Origin: Bacillota bacterium
Lineage (GTDB): Bacteria > Bacillota > DTU025
Direction of reading: 5' to 3'
NCBI GenBank assembly: GCA_050951805.1
Contig: JBMNJT010000002.1
Span: forward strand, 160,001-224,000
DNA length: 64,000 nt
Part shown: positions 1 to 10,355 of the stretch, piece by piece
How the letters are laid out: each line of letters starts with the position of its first letter
How positions within the stretch are numbered: the first letter of the stretch is position 1
Notes under the pieces: generated by a model
What the model saw: the letters and a program-made list of their open reading frames with translations, nothing else
Databases searched by the model: none
Told to the model about the DNA's origin: nothing
Program-made: the position numbers and the translations under genes

Positions 1-210
1 GACGGAGACGATCCCACAAAGCTGATTTATCGACAACGCGAGCCCATCCTCCAACCTGAACTGGAATGGGAGAGGGAAGGCTGGGTTCCCAACGTCGTCT
101 TCAGCTGCGGACAGGCGGTAGTCGATGACACAGTCTACGTCTACTATGGCGGCGCGGACGCCTGCATCGGCGTTGCTGCAGCAAAGATCGAAGACTTTAC
201 TGCAAAATAG
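1..210 (+). CDS. GH130-family glycoside phosphorylase/glycosidase, 3' end only (truncated by window)
   Basis: My frame-1 translation (not in the ORF track): DGDDPTKLIYRQREPILQPELEWEREGWVPNVVFSCGQAVVDDTVYVYYGGADACIGVA...K*. The PILxPE, GxVPNVVF and YYGGAD motifs are typical of the GH130 C-terminus. Confidence 0.88.
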   Translation, partial: DGDDPTKLIYRQREPILQPELEWEREGWVPNVVFSCGQAVVDDTVYVYYGGADACIGVAAAKIEDFTAK

Positions 211-222
211 GGGCAAAAAACG

Positions 223-237
223 TGCGCAAGTTGCGCA
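223..237. promoter_or_regulatory. Candidate LacI-type operator (inverted repeat TGCGCAA-g-TTGCGCA)
   Basis: Perfect 7-bp inverted repeat about 22 bp upstream of the LacI start codon. Its function is inferred. Confidence 0.35.
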
Positions 238-259
238 AAACGGAACGGAGAGTGGCGCC

Positions 260-1300
260 ATGGGAGTTACGATAGAAGACGTCGCAAGGAGGGCTGGCGT
301 TTCAGCGTCGACCGTGTCTCGGACCCTCAACAACAAGGGCAGGATAAGTGCTGAGACGAGGCGGAGAGTGATAGAAGCAGCCCGCGAACTGGAATACCCG
401 GTGAGTGCGGATGCGGGCCTCTCCCGCCGACGGACCAATCGCATAGGAATACTCTTCGACCGACGCCTTCATTCGCTCGTCGCAGACCCATTCTATGGCC
501 TGGTAATGGTCGGGGTCGAGGAATGGCTGCGCGACGAGGGTTATCAGGTATTCTTTTCCACATTCTCAGATCGTGAGGCCGACATGGCCATGATCTCAGA
601 GTTTGCCGCGGAGCGCCCTGTGGACGGGCTGATCATGGCAGGCTGCGACATTGACCTCGATTGCATCAGGAAAGCGGTATTCATGGGAATGCCTCTGGTG
701 CTGGTTGACAACAACATAGTTGAGCCCAAGGTTCCCTGCGTGATGACTGACAATACAGCGGGGGCGCGGGAAGCTGTGGAACACCTGATCAGCCTGGGCC
801 ACGAAGAGATCGGATTCGTCTCAGGCCCCATGACCCATAGCTCCCTTTATGAACGTTATCAGGGCTATAGGCAGGCCATGGAGGCAAATGGCCTTTTGGT
901 CAGGTCTGATATGGTCATTGCGTATGAAGATGTGGCCGATTACGACGTCAATGGAGGTTACAAGGCCGCCGAGCGCCTTTTGAAGAGGTCGCCCAGGCCG
1001 ACTGCGATATTCGCAGGCAATGATTCCATGGCGATCGGAGTCATGAAGGCCGCTCAGGAGTTGGGCCTCGTTGTTCCGGACGACTTGTCGGTGGTCGGAT
1101 TCGATGACATCGAATTGGCGGCTCATACAACCCCCGCCCTCACAACCGTGCGAGTGCACAAGAGGGAGCTTGGGTATCATGCAGCCCGCCTTCTCCTAGA
1201 GTCCATAGACGGGGATCCAGACCGCATCCCTTACAAGATCGCGGTCTGCACCGAATTGATTGTCCGCGAATCAACATGCCCCAGACGTCTCGATGCATAG
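260..1300 (+). CDS. LacI-family transcriptional regulator
   Basis: N-terminal HTH (TIEDVARRAGVSASTVSRTLN) and sugar-binding domain (VPDDLSVVGFDD, PALTTV). Start moved to ATG 260, which follows a GGAGAG RBS. Confidence 0.95.
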   Translation: MGVTIEDVARRAGVSASTVSRTLNNKGRISAETRRRVIEAARELEYPVSADAGLSRRRTNRIGILFDRRLHSLVADPFYGLVMVGVEEWLRDEGYQVFFSTFSDREADMAMISEFAAERPVDGLIMAGCDIDLDCIRKAVFMGMPLVLVDNNIVEPKVPCVMTDNTAGAREAVEHLISLGHEEIGFVSGPMTHSSLYERYQGYRQAMEANGLLVRSDMVIAYEDVADYDVNGGYKAAERLLKRSPRPTAIFAGNDSMAIGVMKAAQELGLVVPDDLSVVGFDDIELAAHTTPALTTVRVHKRELGYHAARLLLESIDGDPDRIPYKIAVCTELIVRESTCPRRLDA

Positions 1301-1321
1301 TTTTGTGTGGGGGTGACTTAA

Positions 1322-2245
1322 GTGAAGGAGGCTGCGGTCGAGGAGAGGCAGCCATCATACCTTGCGCGGCTGCGCATGGAGTACCGGTCGAGCGACAAAG
1401 CAGGATACATAATGGTGCTTCCTTATGTATTGCATTTTCTCGTCTTTGTTGCATATCCCCTCGTATTTGCGTTCATACTCGTGTTTTGCAAGTGGGACAT
1501 CGTATCCCCAATGGAATTCGTCGGACTGCGTAACATTCAAAGACTGATGCGTGATACGACGTTCTGGACTGCAGTCACGAACACCCTGAAGTTCTTGGCT
1601 TTACACATTCCGCTTCAGATAGTCTTTGCACTCTTGATCGCAGTGGTGCTCAACGGCCCGATAAAGCTGAGAGGTTTCTTTAGGGGCGCGTTCTTCCTGC
1701 CATTCGTTATCTCCGGCGCAGTTGTCACAATTCTTTGGCAGCAGCTTTACTCCACCGATGCAGGAGTCTTCAACTTGATCCTGACCAAGCTAGGCGCATC
1801 TCCTGTGCCATGGCTCACTGACCCGTCTATCGCCATCTACTCTATTGCAGTCATGGCCACGTGGAAAAACGTCGGATTCTACATAGTGCTGTTTCTGGCA
1901 GGGCTCCAGAATGTGCCGCGCGAGCTTTACGAGGCCGCGAGCATAGATGGGGCCAACCGGGGACAACAGTTCTGGAAGATCACGATGCCGCTGCTCAGGC
2001 CGGTTACGCTGCTTGTGATCATGCTCTCTACGATAGGCGGGTTTGGTCTTTTCATCGAGCCATTCGTGATGACCGGCGGTGGGCCGGCAGAGAGCACTCT
2101 ATCCGTGGTTCTGTATTTATACAAGAACGCGTTCCAGTTTCTAAAGATGGGTTATGCGGCTACCATAGGGTTTGCGTTGGCGCTTATGATCTTTTTGGTC
2201 ACGTTAGTCCAGAGAAAGCTGCTCGATGTCGAGCAGCCATATTAG
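1322..2245 (+). CDS. Carbohydrate ABC transporter permease (CUT1, MalF-like)
   Basis: Multiple TM segments; EAA loop ELYEAASIDGAN. Confidence 0.95.
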   Translation: MKEAAVEERQPSYLARLRMEYRSSDKAGYIMVLPYVLHFLVFVAYPLVFAFILVFCKWDIVSPMEFVGLRNIQRLMRDTTFWTAVTNTLKFLALHIPLQIVFALLIAVVLNGPIKLRGFFRGAFFLPFVISGAVVTILWQQLYSTDAGVFNLILTKLGASPVPWLTDPSIAIYSIAVMATWKNVGFYIVLFLAGLQNVPRELYEAASIDGANRGQQFWKITMPLLRPVTLLVIMLSTIGGFGLFIEPFVMTGGGPAESTLSVVLYLYKNAFQFLKMGYAATIGFALALMIFLVTLVQRKLLDVEQPY

Positions 2246-2261
2246 AGCGGAGGCGGTAGCG

Positions 2262-3080
2262 ATGCGAACATTCAAGAAGATATTGGGCTATGTAATCCTG
2301 ACCGCGGCCGCTCTCACATTCATATACCCATTCCTCTGGATGATCTCGGCATCGTTTAAACCCGAAAGCGAGATCGGCAGCTTGAGCTTGATTCCGAAGA
2401 ACTTCACGCTCGCAGGCTATGGGGCGGTGTTTACCCAGATCCCAATCCTCAAGGCCTTGTTCAACTCGGTATTTGTCTCGGTTATATCGACCGCCTGCGT
2501 CCTCATATTCAGCTCCATGGTGGGCTACGCTCTGGCTCGGCTCAGGTTTATAGGACGTGACACCATCTTCAACCTCGTGCTTCTGACGATGATGATCCCG
2601 GGCCAGCTGACGCTAATACCCATGTACGTGCTGATTGTGAAATTAGGTTGGGCCGATACCTACAAGGCATTGATAGTTCCGGCCATGATGAGCAATATGG
2701 GAATCATCATTTTCAGGCAGTTCTTCATGTCGCTTCCCCAGGAGCTGGTGGATGCGGCGAGGATCGACGGGTGTTCCGACTACGAGATACTTTTCAAGAT
2801 CTTCTGGCCCCTTTCCAAGCCATCACTGGTTACGGTGGGCATAACCACCTTCATCGGCTCATGGAACGAAGTGCTATGGCCGCTCATTGTGATCAGGAAA
2901 TGGGACATGATGACCATGCCGCAGATGGTGACTTTGTTCAGCGTCGGGGGACTGGCGGGAGCGCAGGTGGCTGCGGAGATGGCTGCTGCAACCATGTTGG
3001 CGTTGCCTGTTGTAATTGCTTACCTCTTCTTCCAGAACTACTTCATAGAGAGCCTGGCGCTATCGGGCATCAAGGGATAG
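2262..3080 (+). CDS. Carbohydrate ABC transporter permease (CUT1, MalG-like)
   Basis: Loop ELVDAARIDGCS and WNEVLWPLI motif; GGAGG RBS before ATG 2262. Confidence 0.95.
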   Translation: MRTFKKILGYVILTAAALTFIYPFLWMISASFKPESEIGSLSLIPKNFTLAGYGAVFTQIPILKALFNSVFVSVISTACVLIFSSMVGYALARLRFIGRDTIFNLVLLTMMIPGQLTLIPMYVLIVKLGWADTYKALIVPAMMSNMGIIIFRQFFMSLPQELVDAARIDGCSDYEILFKIFWPLSKPSLVTVGITTFIGSWNEVLWPLIVIRKWDMMTMPQMVTLFSVGGLAGAQVAAEMAAATMLALPVVIAYLFFQNYFIESLALSGIKG

Positions 3081-3218
3081 CAACGAAGGCTAGAGCCTTC
3101 TCAGAGCTGGTGGTTGGAACCCGAAACAAAACCCCTTGTGGTACGCACTTTACTCCTCGCGCAGGAGCGCGGGTTCATATGAACAAACAAGCGAGATTAC
3201 TGAAATGGAGGGACGGCA

Positions 3219-4523
3219 ATGCGAACCAGCATCAAATCGCGTGTAGCGGCCATCGTGGCTGCTCTACTGATGGTGTCGTTGTCATGCGGGATCATCGAGG
3301 CGAAGACGCCGGTCACCATCACATTTTGGCCGTCGTCTAACCCGCAGGAGATCGAGTTTGCCAAGATCATAGTGGCAAGATGGAATAAGCAGAATCCGGA
3401 CATCCAGGTGAAGATGGAGCCGCTTCCGGCGTCCAGGTCTACCGAAGAAGTGCTGCTTGCGGCGATAGCGGCAGGCACGACTCCGGACGTGTGCGCAAAC
3501 ATCTACCCGGGCGCGATATCCCAGTACATCGCGGGCAAGGGCCTTTATCCCCACGACAAGTTGCCTGGGTTCTACGATTTCGTCTACGAAAGAAGCCCGA
3601 AGGAAATAGTGGATTCCTTCACTTACAGAGACGGCCATATATACCAGATTCCGTGGAAGGCAAACCCTGTCATGTTGGCCTACAACGTTAACTTGCTCCG
3701 GGAGAACGGCATTGACCCCAGATCGCTCTCTACCTACAGCGGTTTCCTGAAGGCAGCCGAGAAGCTCGCGAAGGATACCGACGGAGACGGCCGCATCGAC
3801 CAGTGGCTCTACGCTCCTAGCACGGATGTTACGTGGTGGCAGCGGTTCTTCGACTTCTACACCCTCTACATAGCCGCGAGCGGCGGCAAGACACTCCTTG
3901 ACGACCGCGGCAGAGTGGCATTTGAAGACGAAGCTGCAGTTGCAGTCTTCACATTTCTGAGAACCCTATTCGACAAGAAACTCGTTCCCAAGGGAATGCT
4001 TATCGGCGACCAATTCCTAGGCGGCAAGGTAGCCACCACTATAACGGGACCGTACTCCATACCTTACTACGACCAGAATGCTCCGGAGGGCTTCAAGTAT
4101 GACTTCATGCCTGTGCCAGTTCCAGACGGGCACAAGGGCCCTGTAGTGACCTACGGAGACCCTAAAAACATAGGGATCTTCGCAAATTCGAAGCACCCGC
4201 TCGAAGCGTGGGAGTTCGTAAAATTCATCATGTCCCGCGAGAACGACCTTCTCTGGCTGGAGATCACATCTCAGCCCCCGTATCGCAAGGATATCGTGGA
4301 CGATCCCATGTTCGCGCCCTATTTCAAGAAAAATCCGATGATGTCCAAATTCGTCGTTCAGGGCGCCTACACCCGGGGCGTGGATGACAGCAAGTATCTG
4401 ATTGAGATCTTCGACGCCATATCCAAGCAGTATGACCTTTGCTGTGTGAACGGGCGCAAGACTCCGAAGAATGCAGTTCGCGACGGCGCGCGGGACGCTC
4501 GCGATATTCTGGCAGGGTGGTAG
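3219..4523 (+). CDS. Sugar ABC transporter substrate-binding protein
   Basis: Signal peptide; SBP_bac_1-like motifs (AIAAGTTPDV, DGHIYQIPW, SKHPLEAWEFVKF); RBS GGAGG. Confidence 0.93.
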   Translation: MRTSIKSRVAAIVAALLMVSLSCGIIEAKTPVTITFWPSSNPQEIEFAKIIVARWNKQNPDIQVKMEPLPASRSTEEVLLAAIAAGTTPDVCANIYPGAISQYIAGKGLYPHDKLPGFYDFVYERSPKEIVDSFTYRDGHIYQIPWKANPVMLAYNVNLLRENGIDPRSLSTYSGFLKAAEKLAKDTDGDGRIDQWLYAPSTDVTWWQRFFDFYTLYIAASGGKTLLDDRGRVAFEDEAAVAVFTFLRTLFDKKLVPKGMLIGDQFLGGKVATTITGPYSIPYYDQNAPEGFKYDFMPVPVPDGHKGPVVTYGDPKNIGIFANSKHPLEAWEFVKFIMSRENDLLWLEITSQPPYRKDIVDDPMFAPYFKKNPMMSKFVVQGAYTRGVDDSKYLIEIFDAISKQYDLCCVNGRKTPKNAVRDGARDARDILAGW

Positions 4524-4531
4524 TGCACGTG

Positions 4532-5884
4532 ATGACTGAGAGAACTTCAGAAAGATACGTCAAAAGCAAGCGGACGGCCCGGCATGTCCGGGCCCTCGCC
4601 AGCTGTCTGGCTGCAGGGCTGATCCTGGCCGGATTGATGCTGGCGCCTTGTGGCGGGATGGCGGCGGGTGGCCCTGTTTCCATCGACTTTTGGTGTTCAT
4701 CTAATCCTCAGGAGATCGAATGGGCCAAGGCTGTTGTGGGTAAATGGAATGCGACCAGGCGCGATATCGTGGTAAACCTTCAGCCATTGCCCGCTTCGCG
4801 CTCGACAGAGGAGGCATTGCTTGCCGCAATAGCGGCAAAGACTACCCCGGATGTGTGCGCAAACATCTACCCCGGAGTGGTCACGCAATTCGTGGCGGCA
4901 GGCGGATTGTATCGGATGGACAGATTCCGTGATTTCATCCCATTCATGGAGCAACGGTTGCCTTCCTCCATTATGGAGCAGCATAGATCGCCTGACGGCC
5001 ACTTCTACCAAGTCCCGTGGAAGGGCAACCCCATAATGCTCGCCTACAACGTGAAAATGCTTCGCGAAGCAGGCGTCGATCCCGCATCGCTCAGGACGTA
5101 CAGCGGTTTCCTGTCAGCGGCCAAAAAGCTCACACGGGACAGAGACGGAGACGGCAGAGTCGACCAGTGGATGATCTACCTCAACATAGAGCCAATCTGG
5201 TGGCAGAGGTTCTTCGACTTCTACACCTTGTATGTAGCCGCCAGTTGTGGGCGAACGCTGATTGAGGGGAACCGGGCGGCCTTCAACAACAGGGCGGGAG
5301 TTGCGGCGATGGGGTTTCTTGCTGAGATCTTCAAGCGCGGCTACGCCCCGAAATCGACCTTCCCAGGGGACGTGTTCCTGCAAGAAAAGACGGCTACATA
5401 CATAACCGGCCCGTTTGCTATACCCTTCTGGGAATCGATGAAGCCTAAAGGGTTCGAATACGACTTCGTGCCTGTTCCTGTCCCCGACTTTTACACGGGC
5501 AAGGAAGTTTGGAGCTATAGTGATCCGAAGAACGTAGGCATCTTCCAGACCAGCAAGCATCCTGAAGAAGCGTGGGAGTTTGTCAAGTTCATGCTGAGCG
5601 AGGAGAACGACGCGATGTTTCTGGCGATGACGAGCCAGATCCCGTTCCGCAAGAACTTTGACAAGGTAGAAGGTTTCGCTTCAATAGCGAAGAAGCAGCC
5701 GCACCTCGCCAAGTTCATGGTCCAAAGCAGGTATACCCAAGGGGCGGACAACGTGAAGCCTTTGGTGGAGATATACGACGCGATCGCCCAGGAGTATCAG
5801 TACTGTGCCGTTCTCGGGCAAGAGACTCCCGAGGAAGCCATAAAGATCGCCGAGGAGAGGGTAAACGAGATATTGAGCTACTGA
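4532..5884 (+). CDS. Sugar ABC transporter substrate-binding protein (paralog of the upstream SBP)
   Basis: Shares long identical blocks with 3219..4523 (SSNPQEIE, PLPASRSTEE, TPDVCANIYPG, WWQRFFDFYTLY). Start uncertain. Confidence 0.92.
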   Translation: MTERTSERYVKSKRTARHVRALASCLAAGLILAGLMLAPCGGMAAGGPVSIDFWCSSNPQEIEWAKAVVGKWNATRRDIVVNLQPLPASRSTEEALLAAIAAKTTPDVCANIYPGVVTQFVAAGGLYRMDRFRDFIPFMEQRLPSSIMEQHRSPDGHFYQVPWKGNPIMLAYNVKMLREAGVDPASLRTYSGFLSAAKKLTRDRDGDGRVDQWMIYLNIEPIWWQRFFDFYTLYVAASCGRTLIEGNRAAFNNRAGVAAMGFLAEIFKRGYAPKSTFPGDVFLQEKTATYITGPFAIPFWESMKPKGFEYDFVPVPVPDFYTGKEVWSYSDPKNVGIFQTSKHPEEAWEFVKFMLSEENDAMFLAMTSQIPFRKNFDKVEGFASIAKKQPHLAKFMVQSRYTQGADNVKPLVEIYDAIAQEYQYCAVLGQETPEEAIKIAEERVNEILSY

Positions 5885-5929
5885 GCAGCCAAGCTGTTGC
5901 ATCAGTCGGGCTCAGCAGCATAGGGGGAT

Positions 5930-7990
5930 ATGAACATGAATTTAGCTAGGCGACGCTGGGCACTGGCGGCCGCGGCCTGCGCCTTCATCTTGATGGTGGC
6001 GGCGTTCGGGGCCAGCGCTGCCGAAAGCGGTATAGAGTACGCAAGCGATGCCCACAGGGCTGTGAACGAGATGGTCAACCTGTCGCATTTGGACTACTTG
6101 CGCGACGAGATAGTTCGCTCCGACGGGACGGTCATACCCATCTGGTGGGTATACTGCGAGCCTTCGGTTCCGGGCGACAGGAGCTCTCAATACAAGTACG
6201 TGGAAGCGGCGAGCGAGGGCATAAGCTGCGTAGATGACGTGGCCAGGGCGGCCCTTGCATACCTTGCCGAATACGAGCGTAGTGGAGATGAACACGCCCT
6301 CGACATGGCAAGGGATTGCTTCACGTTTATCGAGTATATGCGCACCCCGGAGGGCCACTTCTACAACTTCATCTTGGAATCGGGCTCCCGTAACCTGAAG
6401 GGCGCTACGAGCGAGAAGGGAGTAAACTGGTGGACCACCAGGGGCATGTGGGCTCTGGCCCGGGGCATCAGGGTATTCGACAAGGTCGATCCTGAATACG
6501 CGGCCCACCTTGAGGAGCTGATCCAGCCGTCCTTGGAGTCGATTTGGGAGTTTGTCACCGCTTATGAGCTCTCCAAATACGGGGAGTACAAGACCCTTCA
6601 TGGCGTGAAGCTTCCGGCATGGCTAGTGGAGGACGGGTCTGATGCCTCAGGAGTCCTCGTGATGGCCCTTTGCGAGCTGTATGAGGCGAGGCCTAACCAG
6701 AGGACTGCCGAGATGGCAAAGATGCTCGCCGACGGAATAGTCGGTTTTCAGATGGGTACCCCCGATGAGTTTCCTTTCGGCGCTCACCTTCCATGGGGTG
6801 GAACGATCACCAACTGGCATGGCTGGGGGAGCCATCAGATAAAGGCCCTAGCAATGGCTGGAAGAATCTTCGGCAACCAGGCGTGGATCGAATCCGCGGA
6901 ATATGCGGCCAACAGCTTCGTCACGCATATGCTGGCGTCGATAGGGATGTTCGCGCACATGGGCCCGGCACCGCTCTCCTACGTTCAGCTGTCGTATGGA
7001 GCTCAGACCATCACCACGGGCTTACTCGAGCTTTACCGCGCAACGGGCAAGGAGATCTACGCAGTGCTTGGCGGGATCGCAGGATCGTGGTACATGGGGA
7101 ACAACGTGGCGAACCACCCGATGTATGATCCGGCCACAGGGCGCGGATGGGACGGGATAGACCCGCCCGGGCCCGAACGCGGGATAGGCGTGAGCTTCAA
7201 TGCCGGAGCCGAATCGACTATCGAGGCTGTAACGACGATGATAGAGCTTGCTTCAGTGCCGAAGGCATGTGAATACGTAAACCTTGCCAACAGATGGAAA
7301 TATGCATACCGAGTGGTCGAGGCGGAGTCCTTCGATAACCCGCTATCGGGCCGCCCTCGGAAGATCTGGGCGCAGTGGACAGGGGAGAACACGCCCAGCG
7401 GAGAGTTTTACGTGACTGTAAGATCCGGTGACAGCTTCAAGCTGAGCTTCACGGTCCCCGAAGACGACGTCTACATCCCATACGCGGTCTTTGAACGCCA
7501 ACCTGTTGCCAAGGGGCAAGTCGGAATGAGCTTTTCTATAGACGGCGGAGAACCCATCGTAGTGGACATGGGCGGATCTTCTGATACAAAGTATTTCGTG
7601 ATGGAAAAACTCGCGCCGAAAGTCGAGCTTAAAGCCGGCAAGCACACTGTGACCGTGAAGTTTGTCGGTGCTAGCCGGGCGCAGACCGCAGCGCTGGACG
7701 CCCTCGTTTTCCAGCCGATGATCGAGTATCGCCACATGACAGGGCCGGATTATCAGAACGTTATCATCCTCCGGAGCTTTGCCGACAAGGCCTCCACCAA
7801 AGGCATCGATGTGGACATACGTTCGAGCGCGCCGGCGCATGAGATCAAGTTTACCGTGAAGAGCTACAACACAGCCGGTGATCTCGTATCAGAGGAAAGC
7901 GTGATACGTCCGGTGGATGAATGTGCGGAGACGGTCAGGATAGATCCCTTAGTGGAAGCTTACGGGTACACATTGGTCGAGTGGCGTTGA
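5930..7990 (+). CDS. Exported protein: putative (alpha/alpha)6-barrel glycosidase-like domain plus C-terminal beta-sandwich/CBM-like domain
   Basis: Signal peptide (ASA-AE); CVDDVARA, GHFYNF, WWTTRGMWAL and NAGAESTIE motifs; C-terminal VVEAESF...LKAGKHTVTV...ALDALVF resembles a CBM6/35-like module. Confidence 0.6.
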   Translation: MNMNLARRRWALAAAACAFILMVAAFGASAAESGIEYASDAHRAVNEMVNLSHLDYLRDEIVRSDGTVIPIWWVYCEPSVPGDRSSQYKYVEAASEGISCVDDVARAALAYLAEYERSGDEHALDMARDCFTFIEYMRTPEGHFYNFILESGSRNLKGATSEKGVNWWTTRGMWALARGIRVFDKVDPEYAAHLEELIQPSLESIWEFVTAYELSKYGEYKTLHGVKLPAWLVEDGSDASGVLVMALCELYEARPNQRTAEMAKMLADGIVGFQMGTPDEFPFGAHLPWGGTITNWHGWGSHQIKALAMAGRIFGNQAWIESAEYAANSFVTHMLASIGMFAHMGPAPLSYVQLSYGAQTITTGLLELYRATGKEIYAVLGGIAGSWYMGNNVANHPMYDPATGRGWDGIDPPGPERGIGVSFNAGAESTIEAVTTMIELASVPKACEYVNLANRWKYAYRVVEAESFDNPLSGRPRKIWAQWTGENTPSGEFYVTVRSGDSFKLSFTVPEDDVYIPYAVFERQPVAKGQVGMSFSIDGGEPIVVDMGGSSDTKYFVMEKLAPKVELKAGKHTVTVKFVGASRAQTAALDALVFQPMIEYRHMTGPDYQNVIILRSFADKASTKGIDVDIRSSAPAHEIKFTVKSYNTAGDLVSEESVIRPVDECAETVRIDPLVEAYGYTLVEWR

Positions 7991-8062
7991 GACTTGCAGT
8001 CCAGCGCCAGAGCACAATCGGCCTAAGGGCCGACCCAAAAAAATCGAGGAGGAACGTGAAAG

Positions 8063-9442
8063 ATGAAGGTTAGAAAGAGACTCGCCGTTGCTGCTCTTCT
8101 TGCGGCAGCATTGCTCGCCGTATTGAGTGTGGGGGCATCGGCGGCAACCAAGTCCGTTGCGGTCGACGTGAAGTGCACGACAGGCAAACCCGTTCCCGTG
8201 TCGCTCACGATGGATGAAGTCCGTGAGGCCATCGGAGTAGACTTCCCGGCCAACTGGGATTCTCTAAAGGTAGTAGATGAAGACGGAAACGTCGTTCCTT
8301 TCCAGCTGGATGACGTGGACATGTCGGGAACAGTCTCTCGCTACGATGAGCTTGCCTTCCTGGCGACCGGCCGGGTCAAGATCGTCGTGTCAGATGAGGC
8401 GCCACAAGAGAAGCCAGTCTTTGAGCCGGCATTTCGCGTTCTCGAGATCGACGAGGACAACACGGTCATCGAAAGCCTTGACGGTCTTTTCAAGGTCAAA
8501 GTAGGTAAGCACGGGACCCTCGACATAATTGAGTACCGGGGCAAAGAACACAAGTATGCCAGGGATATCGGGATGATTAGGTACGCCGGGTTCCCCTACA
8601 GCACCTGGTGGTATGATGAGAACTACGACAGACACGAGGAGAAGACGACGTTTGAGGAGCCTCTCCGCCGCGTCAAGTTCGGGATTCTCGAGGCAGGGCC
8701 CGCCAGAATTACGGTGGTTGCACACAACGCATCTGATCTCTTCCCCGGCTTGCGCCAGCAGATGGTGGCGTCGATATATGCCACGGGAGAAATTAGGGTG
8801 TCGAACCGCGTGGTTTCTGCTGGATATGCCGACCTTACAAAGCTCTTTACTATGTGCGGAGGCGTCATGGCCGATGTTGAGGACGCAAGGCACATACTGC
8901 CCGTATTCCGCTGGATCGACTGGGCGGATGAGCTGAAGATGACTGCCGAGGAATACTGGGCCGAGCAGGGAGTGCTCACAAAAGTGGACGGTGCGTCCTA
9001 CATAGCCTTTGCAGATTCCCGCGGACCGAAGCCTGCGTGGTGGGGTGCTTCCTATCTCTTCTGCAGCCCCGAAAGATGGCGCGCCAACGTCTCAGCCAGT
9101 GAAGGCATGGGCGTCGCAGAATGCTTGATGGATGTGCCCGAGGTTGCAGATGATCTCGAGGGCAAGATCAACATGGAGCACTGGCACCTCGAAGGCGAAT
9201 GGAGGACCGGCTATTTCCGGTGGATCGCCGACGAGATCTTCGGCCTCAGGCAGAAGAATGAAATCCCTATAGACATAGAGGACCTCGAAGACAAGGGACC
9301 CAACTGGCCACTGCATATGATCCCAGGCGATGTCTTCGAGCACCTCAACTTCTATCTGCTATTTGATGCAGATGGTGTTGATTCCGCTGTCAGGTTCCTC
9401 GAGGCGAGATACGCCGAACTCGACAGCGTAGAGGTTCGATAG
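8063..9442 (+). CDS. Exported hypothetical protein (acidic, Trp-rich)
   Basis: RBS GAGGAGG, signal peptide (ASA-AT), 459 aa, within the sugar operon; no family recognised. Confidence 0.75.
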   Translation: MKVRKRLAVAALLAAALLAVLSVGASAATKSVAVDVKCTTGKPVPVSLTMDEVREAIGVDFPANWDSLKVVDEDGNVVPFQLDDVDMSGTVSRYDELAFLATGRVKIVVSDEAPQEKPVFEPAFRVLEIDEDNTVIESLDGLFKVKVGKHGTLDIIEYRGKEHKYARDIGMIRYAGFPYSTWWYDENYDRHEEKTTFEEPLRRVKFGILEAGPARITVVAHNASDLFPGLRQQMVASIYATGEIRVSNRVVSAGYADLTKLFTMCGGVMADVEDARHILPVFRWIDWADELKMTAEEYWAEQGVLTKVDGASYIAFADSRGPKPAWWGASYLFCSPERWRANVSASEGMGVAECLMDVPEVADDLEGKINMEHWHLEGEWRTGYFRWIADEIFGLRQKNEIPIDIEDLEDKGPNWPLHMIPGDVFEHLNFYLLFDADGVDSAVRFLEARYAELDSVEVR

Positions 9443-9444
9443 CG

Positions 9445-10326
9445 ATGGCATTGGCATATGCGAATGAGGACAGGGGCGCGGCGTATGCCGCGCCCTTGGC
9501 CAAGCTTAGAGCAGTATTGCTTGTCGTCGCACTCTGCTTTGGGTTCGCTCTCGTCTCGCCCCGGGCGCCATCCGTTGCCGGTGCCGAGGCCTACACCGAA
9601 CCATATTTCGAATACATCAGTTCCGCATACTCCATAGGCATTTCGCTCGATCCCGTCTGCATCGACTATATTTCCATCGACCCTAAGAGCCAGGGAGAAC
9701 AACGTGATGTTCTCGCGTATGTGGGCAAGCCGTCCACTCTGTGGCTGGGGATCGGGGGATGGGGCACTCATATGCCGACAAAACCGTCCCGAGTGAAAGT
9801 TCTGGAAGAAGAAGGCAGGACCGTGCTGGCTATCTCAGACATCGAATTCGTGGGCTTTCTCAAGACGACATTCGGGGAGATCGCTCCTGTCCGGGCGGAT
9901 TGGGTATTCACATTCTATGAGGATTTCTTCGACATGGAACTCACCTGGCGCATTCAGGAGAATGTCGATGGATTGCAGGAGGCGGGCTGGGCACTTAACA
10001 TCGATTTGCCACGGTATGGCGATTCTGAGGAGGCCGTACGGCTCAATCAGGATGTCAATGGTTACCCCAAATGGATAGTGTGGTATGGGCCCGACCTCGG
10101 TGTGGCAGCAGCTCACAAGGAAGGTTCAACGAACCTCAGAGCGAACCGGTGGTATGGAAATCTGCCTTCGAGTTATGTGATAGTCCATACCTGGTGGAAG
10201 CCGGGGGGATCGGGCATCGACTGGGGAACGTACCCAGGCGGCATTTGGAGGGTGGGTTTCTTCGGAGGCGAAAAACAGCTCGATGCAGCTTGGGCTCTTT
10301 ATGGAGAACTCAACGGCATAGATTGA
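9445..10326 (+). CDS. Exported/membrane-anchored hypothetical protein (beta-rich)
   Basis: Starts 2 bp after the upstream stop; N-terminal hydrophobic segment; Trp-rich. Confidence 0.7.
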   Translation: MALAYANEDRGAAYAAPLAKLRAVLLVVALCFGFALVSPRAPSVAGAEAYTEPYFEYISSAYSIGISLDPVCIDYISIDPKSQGEQRDVLAYVGKPSTLWLGIGGWGTHMPTKPSRVKVLEEEGRTVLAISDIEFVGFLKTTFGEIAPVRADWVFTFYEDFFDMELTWRIQENVDGLQEAGWALNIDLPRYGDSEEAVRLNQDVNGYPKWIVWYGPDLGVAAAHKEGSTNLRANRWYGNLPSSYVIVHTWWKPGGSGIDWGTYPGGIWRVGFFGGEKQLDAAWALYGELNGID

Positions 10327-10355
10327 GATAGATTGCAGCATGGAGGGGGCACCAT

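Noticed and set aside
125-259. N-terminal extension of the LacI ORF in the ORF track
   Set aside because: It overlaps the GH130 3' end in another frame; the HTH and RBS support ATG 260.
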